64,000 nucleotides of DNA from Setoptus koraiensis (taxonomy: Eukaryota > Animalia > Arthropoda). The notes under the pieces were generated by a model that saw only the letters and a list, made by a program, of their open reading frames with translations, did no database searches and was not told the DNA's origin. Made by a program: the position numbers and the translations under genes. The stretch is from the NCBI GenBank assembly GCA_048013815.1, contig CM106585.1, forward strand, positions 12,214,001 through 12,278,000. The letters are read 5' to 3'. This document shows, piece after piece, positions 48,948 through 60,498 of this stretch (within the stretch, counting starts at the first letter, position 1; each line of letters starts with the position of its first letter).

Positions 48948-50501
48948 TGGGCCACCCGGCTGCCCATTGAAAAAGCCCGCGATTGTTGACAATGACCGAG
49001 TCGAAACGCACCGAGCGGCCGGGCCAAGCCGGACGCGCTTCGAGAGGGCGCTCGCCGTAGTTAAGTTGTCGTAATTGACTCCGCGCGCAACCTTAAAAGA
49101 TAGCCGCTCGTGTCTGTTACGTAATACGCCCAACGCCACGTAATATATGTAATATGGGCCCCTATTCGAGTGAGCGGCTCGCCGGGGGAAGCCAACAACG
49201 TGTGCCGTCATGTGACTGGCTGGCTGCAGCCAACCAATGAGCACATTGTATAAGCTCACCATTTATATTCGCATAATGATGCCATCTCATCATCAAAATG
49301 ACGCAATGATTGAAATGATGCCCTCCCCCCCCCCCAATTCATGGCGGCCGCATCAGTGGACGCCACATAAAATAATTTGCCGCTAGATGCAGGCAAAGGG
49401 CAGGTGACTGGCGAACGGGCTCAACGGGCCCGCATCCGGTCGGGCTTCCGGCCCGGAAATTTGATGCCGCGTTGTTGTCGTCGCGGTCGTTGCTGGCTCG
49501 ACTCGAGCCGCTCGAGCGCTTTATTTGAATTTCTGACGAGTAATACTTGGCAAGCAGTATTGCGACATCTCATGACAATGGCTCGTCTCGACAATATCCT
49601 TGAGGGACGAGCGGTAACGGCGGGCGCGGTCGCCGACCCGCACGCAGCTCACCGTGCTGAGCTCATACCGCGCATACGAGCTCGTATGCGCGTATAAAGT
49701 CTCGGTACGTATGTGACCGGCGGTATACCGCCGTCACATACCGTACCGATATACGTATATGTTGTTGTTGTTGTACATGGTACAGCGAATGTGTTTTTCG
49801 GGTGGTGGCCGCCAGGCGGCAAGGCGCGCGCGCGCGCCGATCAAATCGCTGTTGATAACAATACCAATGTCGATATAACCATAACAACCATTAGCGCCCC
49901 AGCAGCTGGCCCCGGCGCGCTGTCATGCAATAGTCACTACTAAACTCGGTGTGCGTGTGTGTGATGTGCTCGGGTACATAGGAGCGTTTGGCGACTCACT
50001 CAGACACTGCGAGTGGGGGGCGCCCCACTCGCAGCAGTTGTCAGCAAACGGCAGCAACACGGCAGAAGCGAGAGGGGGAGCCAGTGTCTAGTGGCACACA
50101 CTCAGTAGCTGCCAGGCCCGTGTGTGTTTGTTTGTTGCGTAATATAGCTAACCAGATAGCTGCAGATAGAGCAAACACACACAACACACACACGATATAA
50201 ATGACAACAACAACAGCGAGTGCATGTATAGCCCCAATAGAGCTGCATGTTAACGAGGCCGCCGTTGGGGCCCCATATTGGCCGACTGGGCTGTTTCGAC
50301 TGGCTAGGAGTGGCTGTGAGGACAATGCACTGAATTGTGATCACACTTTATTTGTTGTTGTTTAGGGCGCCCCCCCCCCACACACACACAAACTAGCTAC
50401 TAGCTAATGCCGCTATCGCTGATAAATTATCCGCCGCTATCGGCCAATTGTTCATCACATCATCGATGCAACAGCAGCAACGACAGCAACAGCAGCAGCA
50501 A

Positions 50502-50548
<47 letters not shown>

Positions 50549-50836
50549 CATATTAACAACATACACACACGTATTACATCAGAGTGCCTCAAACAGACCT
50601 CGTGCAGACAGTTATCGGTGACAGCGGCAGCTGCAGTAACTTTGGCCTCACCTTTGTAACCATTAGCACACACACACACACACACACACACGGTTAAGAG
50701 GCGCGCTCATAAAATAATATCAATTACGCAATAGCAATTGAGTGAGCTCAACGCGCGCACACACACTCACAACGGTTTACGACGGTGGACAACAAATAAA
50801 CCGGAAATAGAGACAAGCAAGAGACGCAACAGCGAA

Positions 50837-53800
50837 ATGTCGTCGTCGTTTCCAGCGGCCCGTCGAAACAGCAGCAACAACAACAACAGCGGCAGCAACA
50901 ACAGCAGCAACAGCAACAACAACAACAGCAGCAACAGCAACAACAACGGCGGCAACAATAACAATAACAACAACAACAACAACAAGACCAGTCAGCACGG
51001 CACAACAACCAGTGAAAACACAATGAGCACCGAGGAAAAAAAAGCCACATCGGTAACAACCACAACAACCACGACAACAACCACGACAAGCACCACCAAA
51101 CAGCACCACCAGCACCACCACCATCATCACCACCATCACAACCATCAGCAACAACCACCCAGCACCAGCGCCCGTTCAGGATCATTACGCCATATGCACA
51201 TGCTTGTGATTAAACAGGGCCCGACGGCTCCAACAGGCCGTGCATAATGACATTTCATGACATTGGCTGAATGTATTTTCAATTTAGTTCGTTCTGTGAG
51301 ATAGACCAGGTAAAATTGTTGATGATAACGTTTACTTTTATACATGTCAATTTCATCGTCAGGAGGTGCGCGAAGCGACCGCTGGCCGACGACTTACCAT
51401 TTCCCAGCATGGACCAAATGGCCGACGCAATAGTGGACATTTGCGTCCAAATGCGCGTCAGGTGAGTCCGCGACACTTTGCGGTGTTTCGCGACACTTCA
51501 TTGTGGCATTCCGAGGCATTTCGAGGCATTTCGAGGCGTTTCGCGACAGTTCGCGGCACTTTCGCCCGTCACTCACATTGAGCCGCTCTCTGACTTCCGC
51601 TTGATTTTCGCTCGTTTCATTTTTTGCACGCAGGTCCTTCATCGGAATGGGCGTGGGCGCGGGCGCCTACATCCTGAGCCTGTGCGCTCTCAACCGGCCC
51701 GACCTGGTGGACGGTCTGTTCCTGATAAACCCGCTGGCGAACAGCTGCTCGTGGACGGAGTGGATCTACTCCAAAATGACAGCGCTCACCTCAAAGGCCC
51801 TGTATCACAAACAACCGTCGGCCGCCATTCCACACACAACAAGCTCAACAACAACAACAACAACCACAAACCAATTGACGCCGCCTAGCCACCAGCACCA
51901 GCAACAGTCGGAACCGGAAGTGCAGCAGGACACCCATCAGCACCATGGCAGCAGTAAAAAGATGACACCCACGGCAAGGCTGCGCCAATTAATAGTGTCA
52001 AACTTGCATTTACAGCATCACAACTCGAGTCACCAGCAAACAACAACAAATCACAACAGCGGCAAATGGGACGCGTCGCACATTGACAATGACTCGCCAT
52101 CGGCCCATTCGGACAAATCGCAACCCGACGAGGGCGCCCCCACCGGCGCCGCATCCGGTCACGAGTCGCCCGCCAGCCAGGCGCGCCTGCCCATAGAATA
52201 CCTCATGTACCATCATTTCGGGCCGGCTTCAGTGGGCCGCTGCCGGCGACTGTCCGACACCGGCTCGACGGTGCCCGCTTTCTCTGAACACCAGACGTCA
52301 TCGCCGGCAGCAGCGGCACCGTCGGCGGCAGACACCCAATCGCCCGCACACGGCACAGCACACGGCACAGCATACGGCACAGCAAAGGCCGACGGAACGC
52401 CGCCCGGTCGCGGCGCCCACGACGGCACCGGAAGTAACGCCAGCGACAGCCTAAAGTCGTTTTCGCAACACAATGCCGACACAACGGGCTCCTATTCGAG
52501 CGGCAGCCCGACCAGCTCGGTGAGCCGGCCGACGGCCAACATTGGAACAATACTGGCGGGTATCACCACCGATAAGCAGCGCCACGCGCAAATTTACAGT
52601 ATTTACAAGGGATATTTCAAGCGTATCAATAGGCACAATTTGATTTTATTCATACAATCATTCTTGAAGCGCCAAAGTTTGAACTTGCGCAAGGACTGCG
52701 GAGCCGCCGCTCATGCGGCCGCCGCGGCGGCCGCGCTGGGCGCCTCCATCTGTACCCCGTTCGGGGCGCCGCCGGGCGCGGCAGCCATTTCGAGTGTGCC
52801 CGGCGCGGCCAAGTCGTCGAGCTTGAGCCAGGGCCATCGGGCCACTAACGCCGCCAGCGACCCGACAATACAGGCCAGCCAGTCGAAAGAGGAGTCGGCG
52901 GCCGTTGTGGCGAAGCGCTTGACCGAGTCGCCGCCGTCGTCGTCGTCGGGCAGCGGCGCGGCGTCCGTCTCCGAAACAAAGAAGCCGGCGGGTTTGTTGC
53001 GCAACAGCTGCCACCGGCAGAGCAGCGCCAGTACGTGTAGCGGCGCTAGCGGGTCATTGAAGCGCTTCAGCAGTGGCGGCCCGGCCGGCATCGGCGCCAA
53101 AACGGGTAGCGGCGGCAATCTGAGCGGATCCGCCAGCGGTGTGCCCATGGCTGCCCGGCCGCACATACTCAAGCATCACTCAGTGGGCAGCGGAAGTAGC
53201 GAGCTGAGCATGCAAAGCGGCGGCTCGGCCAACAGCAACGCGCAATCGTTTTCGAGCGGCCTATCCACCATAGACGGTCCGACGCGACCGCTGGACGGGC
53301 AAGATGGGCCCGAGAGTTTGAGGAGCGAGCAATATGGCGAGCCCGATGAGGACGCCGATGACGCACCGGAACCGGTGGACTCAGTCGACAGCAAGGACGG
53401 GGCAGCCGACGAGCCGGCCCGGCCATCAAGCGGCGCCGCCAAGGATACAGTACCGACGAAGGGTCAAAAGTCGCAAGCGGCCAAACCGTTGACGGGTGTG
53501 TCCGCGCGGCTCAATCAGCAACAGCAACAGCGAGCGGGTACTTACAACAAGACGGCGGGTATTTTGCGCAACAGAAGCGTTACGTCGTCGGGCACTGCGG
53601 CGTCCGGCGCGGGTACCGCAATGCAAAGCTCGACGCCCGTTCTAGTGGCGGGCACCAAAGTCAAGAAAACATTTACCTGTCAGACGCTCATTATGTGCTC
53701 GTCGGTGTCCACTCATTGCGACCACGCGCTCAGCTTAATGTCAAAATTGAACCCGTTGCAATCGACCTGGATTAAGACGGACAGTCTGTTGGTTTTGGAG

Positions 53801-54082
53801 GAACGGCCCGACAAGGTTTGCCAGGCGCTGCGCCTCTTCTTGCAGGGCATCGGTTATTCCATGTCCAGCTACGAGAAGCGGCTCAGGTTGTCGCGGGGCG
53901 GCCCGTCGTCGTCGCCGCCGGCGCAAGCGCCGCCGAAAAAGGGCGGCACGGGCGGCTCGGGACAGCGGGCGGGCGGCGCGAGTGCGGCGCAGCCGGACCC
54001 GGTCGGTCAGTCGGGAGCGCAGCAGAGTCAGCACCCGTTCGGCGGACACACGCGGCGCCGGCAGTCGTCGGTGCCCTCGTGA
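50837..54082 (+). CDS. NDRG: NDRG-family alpha/beta-hydrolase-fold protein (MESK2/NDRG3-like), nested antisense in the exp intron; 5' exon is frame-disrupted as assembled
   Basis: Exon (50837 or 51023)-51461, intron 51462-51633 (GT-AG, phase 2), exon 51634-54082. Motifs: [104 protein letters not shown]. Confidence 0.88.
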
Positions 54083-55798
54083 GTGAATTTTTCGTGGAGG
54101 CATTTTTCGTGGGGCATTTTTGGCCGGCGGCTATTGGACAGTGTCGTGACGGGAACTGGCGGAGCGCAACGGCCCGGCCGACCGGACAAGCCCGTAACCG
54201 CAAACAACAGGTTTGTTGGTATTGATAAACGGCCGCTCAAACACACGCACACACACACACACACTCGGGCCGGGCGACTCAGGTGAGCGGCGGAGGCAAG
54301 TGCGCGACGGCACGCACTCATGAATTGTAATAATTGAGGCTGTTACAATGGGTAACACAATTATAATTATGTTATTAAATACATGTAATAATATCACAAA
54401 TAAACACACCAGCGCACGCATAAAATAGATATAGCGGGCACGGCACCAAAAATAAGCGAACCGGGCCGGTCGATTGCGCAACAGCGCCGACGTGTAATCG
54501 GCCGAGCGGCCGTCGCGCTGACCACCGGCTAACCTAGACCCCATTGGCTCGCCACTGGAACCTGTCGCGGCTCACGCAACAACTGTACACGTATGTACAT
54601 GTACTAATGAGCTCGCAAGGTATTTGATTGTCGGATATATTTCGACCGTCGGTGTGTATTTTTGGCGGTGCCGAAAATACACACCCGACGGGCGCCCACC
54701 AAAAATGCGTATTGTGTCACACAATTTGTGTGCCATGTGAAACGCCTGTGTGTCTGAATTGCGTTCAATTTGCGACGAGCAGCCACTGCGCCACACTGGC
54801 CCCATTAGCCACAGTTGGCGAGGGGCACAGGTAGCAGACGGGTGGCGGACAAGCGGCGGCGGGCAAGGGGCGGCGGACAAGCGGCGGCGGGTGAGCGGCT
54901 ACGGGCAAGAGGCGACAGGCTGCTGCAAGTGCGCGCAGTGGACACTCTCGACCGACCGTATTTGACGGCCCGTTAGTAACGGGCGCCCGCTGTGGCCGGC
55001 CCGCAGCCGATCGGGCGGCGCCGGTGCGTCGAGTGTGTCACCAAATCATTAGGGTGCGTGAGAACAATTGCACCTGTCGCTCATGTCAGGCGACCGAAAC
55101 GGCAACAGCGGCGGCCAGGGCAACACATGACAAGCTTGATTGTGCGGCTGGCTCGGTAATTATTATCCATCATGGTTGGCACGGTTGCGCAACGCGCACG
55201 TAGACGAGCACCAACAACAACCACGGCAACAACAACAACAGCAACGACGACGACGACGACAACAGCGACAGGTGAGCCGACCCTGAACTGGCGCGCTCGA
55301 ATTTCGGCCAGACGGCGCCCAATGCAAACATTGTGTGTGCGAGTGGCAGTGTGAGAGTTAATTTAAAACTAACGACTTGTCAGAGAGTTTGACTGTGTGC
55401 GCACACATTACGTAACACACAGCGTGTGTAATGTGTATCATGTAATACGTTTGATATGTGTGCGAGCTTGTGAGGATGTCGACAGGATGATCATTAATCA
55501 GCCATTGGCGACAACTCACTGTCAGTCGCACTGTTCACAATGTCAGTCGCAATGGCAGCGCGGCTCGCAATTTGAATTGACTGTCAGGTGAATCGTTTGT
55601 TGGGCCAACGAGCCAGCCAACGGCAACAGGTGAAGCCGACCGAAGCTACCTGTGCGCTCGATTTGCCCAACTGCCAGTAGGTAACTCGACACAGCAGCGA
55701 TTGATTGTTTTGTTTGCGATTGTTGGCGCCGGCAAGCTGCGCAGCGCGCACTGTCAACCCGGCCAACAAATCACTATCAGCTGACTGTCACCTGACTC

Positions 55799-55894
55799 AC
55801 TGACAGTCAAATCAATATCAGCTGACTGGCAGTCAAATCAGTATCGGCCGACTGACAGTCAAATCAGTATCGGCCGACCGACAGTGAAATCATA
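55799..55894. repeat. 26-bp minisatellite (ACTGACAGTCAAATCAGTATCGGCCG), about 3.5 copies
   Basis: Directly visible, diverged copies. Confidence 0.85.
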
Positions 55895-58800
55895 CATGCA
55901 ATCTTGCAAGCTTGCTGCTGCTGCTGCTGCTACAACAAACAAACAATCTTATTAATATTAATAACAACAACAACTAACTAACTAACAGCATTGTAAACTA
56001 ACCAACAATGCGCACTAACTCGCCCAACGATCAGCCGAGCAATCAGCTGAGCAAACAGGTGAATCGCCACGAAACAATTAACTTACAGTTAGTTGGTAGT
56101 TATTAGTCAGTGAGTGTGCTGTACCAATAATGTCAATCAGTGTGTTGCGAGTTGCCAAGCCAAGCAGTTACGCAACTCGCAACCAGCGTTAGCCAGCGAC
56201 GGCGGCGTTGTCGACGATGGCGCTAATAACCTGTGATGGCTTCTTCTTTCACTGTGCTCTTGTTTTGTTGTCGTTTGAGCACAATCCGTTATTTGGCTCG
56301 TTTATTGCATTAGACAGCTCTGCGTGTGAGCTGCTGTGATTTAGCTCCATGTTGAGCTTGAGCTAAATCGGCCGACAGGCTAAATACGGCTAATGGAGCC
56401 GCGCCATTGCAGCCATTGAGTCACGGCGAGCGACAATTCAACTTGAACCGTTAGCCGCTCAATTGTTCTTCGGGCGCGCTTGTCATTCGGGCAAACTTGT
56501 CACTGACGGCCCGGCTGGCGGCGCCAACAGTGTGCGCGTTTCGCGGCCATCCCCGGGCCGACAGCTCCGCTGATTTCGAACCGGCAACCCCTGCCCTGGC
56601 GGAGTTTGCCGGAGTTCGGCGGAGTTCGGCGGAGTTTGCCAGAGTTTGCCAGAGCCGAAACGGCTCGAAATAGCTCGCCAGGGCGAGCCCGCCGTCGGGC
56701 CGATGCGCCGCTGACTGGCGTGCAAATCGGACGCGCGTCGGGCCCGCTGACGGGCCGGCAGCGGCGCCCGCGCCGCAAGTCGCCGCCGCGACAAGCGAAG
56801 AGTCGCCGTACTTGGCAGTCCGAAGCTCGCAGTCCGAGGAGCCGCATTTCGGCGCGCCGAGATGCGTCGTCGCGGCCGAAATAACGATAATAACGCGCCT
56901 GTCATAGTGACAGTGGCGCCGATACACATAGGCAGCAATTCATCACTCGACGAGAGGAAAAGACTCGCCATTAGCGGCCGACTTTGCGCTTGTTGTCTCA
57001 GTGTGTCCGATTATTTGCCGCCGACAAACAATCAATCAAACAACAATAATTGTTGCTGATGAATTGCATAATGAGCACGTCAGCTGCCCAGCGGCTCGCT
57101 GTCTCTGGAGGTTCGGCGGCTCGGCGGCTCGGCGGCGAGAGATTGCTCAGGTAGCTCGGGCGGCTCGGGCAGCCGGGTCAGCCGGGCCGCGGGACAGGCG
57201 GTGATTATGTTGTTGAGATGGGTTGCGTTGCAAAATAGACTGTGTGCACAAAGTGGTTCAGTTGCGCAACAATCGCGCTGCTTAGATCGCTGACCAGTTC
57301 AGATCAATCTTGCGCAATTGTGACAGCATCGGCGCTGGCCAATGCCACTGTTGTTGCATCATGCAAAACAGTGGCATTTGTTACGACACACAGCCGGCCA
57401 GCGGTCAGCTGGTTGGCTGCCCATTGTCGGTGTCATGGCATGAGAGTCATGCCGGCACCGGATGTTGCCACTTGCCAGAAACGTTGTCTCACAACTTGTT
57501 GTGACTCACAACTTGTGAGTCACAAGCAGCAGCAGCAGCCAACACAAGCTGTCAGTTGGCCAGCACGTCAGCTGATTGGCTATCAGCTGACGCGCTGGCC
57601 AACTGACATGCCAACAGCTGATGCGAGCCGATGGCAGGCACAACGCTAGTGAGCCGCACTCACTGACCGTTACAGTTACAAACTGACAGCACACAGTTAC
57701 GTAACACACTGTAACTGTTGTCTCCGATGCAAACATGACTCCGAATGCAAATTGACTTGGCTGGCGAGCCACGGTGCACATTCATGAATATCCATGCATC
57801 ACAATGCATCATCGCCCATGATTCATCGGGTATCCGAGCGCGAAACGGATACAGTTAGCGGATACACAAATAACACACATAATAAATATGCGTGTACGTT
57901 CAATGGAGACGCAAAAATGAACTGACTGAATCATGCAAACAATGCGCCAATCAGGCCAATTGACCAATGAAGTTGAGGGCGCAAATTACCGTTATTTGCT
58001 GCCGGCGCGCCGCCCTCTGCCAAGACCGATTCCGGATGACGCCAAATTACTGGCGGTTTGCACGCAGCCAAACGAGAATTCGAACTGGAATCGCCGGGCT
58101 AAGTGCAGCGCGACTGGCCGCCGGACAACGGACTCGCCAACGACCGGCCGACTGTGACTTTCATCCGCTGGCCGACACTGGCTGGCAAACGCTCGCCTGG
58201 ATGGGCGACGGGAGAGAGCGACAGGAGAGAGCGATAAAAGAGAGAGAGAGAGCGACAATTTGCCCGACGATCGCTGAGAAAATTTCGCCAGTTCCTCATT
58301 GGCCGTCGCTGTTCGATGGCATGCGTCTCGATGCGACCCAGGGATGCATTTATGCGGCTGTGATGTTCGTTGCGACGTTCTCACAATTGTCGGCTGGGCG
58401 GCATCGCGCGCCGATAATCGGCGCACATGCGATGAGACTCACACGGCACCGTAAGCGGGCAAACTTTTGGCAACTTTGCCGAATTTGGCCAAATTTTGCC
58501 GAATTTCGCCACTTTTCGTCAATTTTCGCCAGTTTTTGCCCGTTTTCGCCAGTTTTCGCCAGTTTTCGCCAAATCTCAGGCAAATTAAAATGCGATAATC
58601 ATGCGATCAGCGCGCAGCAACATGCTCTTATCAGCATACCAGCTGCTTATCTGCATATCGGCCATGCGCGATTCACGGTGCCAACGAGACGATCCGACCA
58701 TATGCGCCGGTTACACACACACACACACACAACCCTTTGCCGACGATCGGCGCAAGATTGGCCACGGATTTTCCCACGAAGCGCCCACCGGAAGTGGCCG

Positions 58801-60350
58801 CTGAGCGCGGCGCCGGCGCCGAGCCAGCGGTCGCCGGGCGCCACAGCGACTCTCGCTGGCGAGAGTCGCTCTCGGCGAGTCGCGCTCGATGAGCGCCGTT
58901 AACGGGACGACGACGGGACGACGACGGGACGAAATTGTGAGAGATCGGCCAGGTATCGAGTGCGCTATCGGATCGGCGCCATCAAGTGTCTCAAAGGGCG
59001 ACCATCGCACGCCATTTGCGCACACATACTGACCGATCAGTCGGAGATGTTCCCACTGACGGTGTGCGGGTTACGCAATGTGCGAAATGTGGCCAAATTG
59101 ACCGTTGCAACTCGCAACGGTTGAGCAACAGCAGTCAGCTGTGACTGCTGTGACAACACCAACGACAAGTGTTGCATCATGCCCAGTGACAGCCAGTTGA
59201 CAGTTGACAGCCAGCTGGCGGCCATTGTTTTCAGCCGGCGGCGGCCACCCTCGGCTCGCTCACAAGCTGTGGCCGGCGAGACAGCCGACGACAGGTGCAG
59301 TCAGGGGCACGCTCTCGCTTGTTTATATCGGCTCGTTTATGCCGGCTCGTTTATATCGGCTTGTTTATATCGGCTTGTTTACGCCGGCCGGCTCATTATT
59401 ATTGGCCGGCCAGCGTGCCTGCGATACACGCCAAACCAGTTGGCGAGCCGCTGGCCAGATTTGCATGAGATCTGCATAGAGTGGGCAAATTATGATTACG
59501 ATGGGCGCTCTCAGCGCAAACAAACAATTCAGCGCAATTGATTTCAATTGGCCGACAGTCGCTGTCAGTGCGACCGCTGTTGTCGTCGTCGTCGTCGTCT
59601 GTTTGGCCCATTAATCGTGACCACTGCATGACGCAACTACCTGTCGCACTCGCTCGTACAACACAAGTTGCCTGGGCCTGTTTGTGCGGCCCGACGGGCC
59701 GCAATCGTCAGCTTCGAGCGGCTCTAGACAACGAGGCCGAGCCGCCGAGCCGCCGATATTGTTGCCGCAAGCGCGAGCGCACCCAAGGCCGAGAAACCCT
59801 CGCCACGGCGGATATGCGCGATGATGCCCGGATATGCGCGGACATGCCCGGACATGCTCGGACAAGCGCGATTATGCGGCGACGGCGGCGCTGACGGCGG
59901 CGGCACCTTGCCGGCTCGACGCCGGCGATGCAATTCCACGCGACGGTCGTGTTTTTGTCGCTGCCGAGTGCGCCCAATGTGACGCAACACGCCGGCGACG
60001 CAACACGCCGGCGACGCAACACGCCGGCGACGCAACATGGCGAGGCGAGCAAAAAATGCCAACCGGCCAAAAGTGGCTTCCGCCCATGGCCGGCATCTCC
60101 AACGATTTGCAAATTGTTTGCGCAATTGGCTCATCAGTTGCGTCATCGTTGCAAGCCCAAACGGCCGCGCATCAAATGCGGCCGGCCCACACCGAGCCAT
60201 GGGAGAGAGTGGCGACAGGGGCAAATTATTTACAGGTGAATCCCTCGGTCTGAATAGTGCGCCATTATTTATTTATTTGTTATTTATTTCTCTAAAATTG
60301 CTCTCCTTTTTTGCGTCTGCGCTCGCCAGCTCGTCGTTGCGTCTGCCCTC

Positions 60351-60498
60351 GCCAGCTCGTCGTTGCGTCTCTCTTTGCTGGCTCGTCATTGCGTAACCAC
60401 CGATGGCTCGCCGTTGCGTCTGTCGCCAGCTCGTCGTTGCGCCAGCCATCGGTGGTTACGCAACGACGAGCCAGCGATAGACGCAACGACGAGCTGGC
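60351..60498. other. 148-nt inverted repeat (long hairpin)
   Basis: 60351-60370 is the exact reverse complement of 60479-60498. The inner arms 60378-60408 and 60444-60474 pair over about 31 bp with one mismatch. Confidence 0.85.

Noticed and set aside
51310-51362. 53-nt GT-AG segment that could be an intron in NDRG
   Set aside because: Its translation ([15 protein letters not shown]) aligns with the conserved NDRG helix and HVN strand, so it is more likely coding. Removing it would not fix the upstream frameshift or the TGA. Not fully excluded without cDNA.
57967-58902. 311-aa ORF in the exp intron
   Set aside because: Non-ATG start, Arg/Ala-rich composition expected from GC-rich DNA, runs through minisatellites, and has no recognisable motif.
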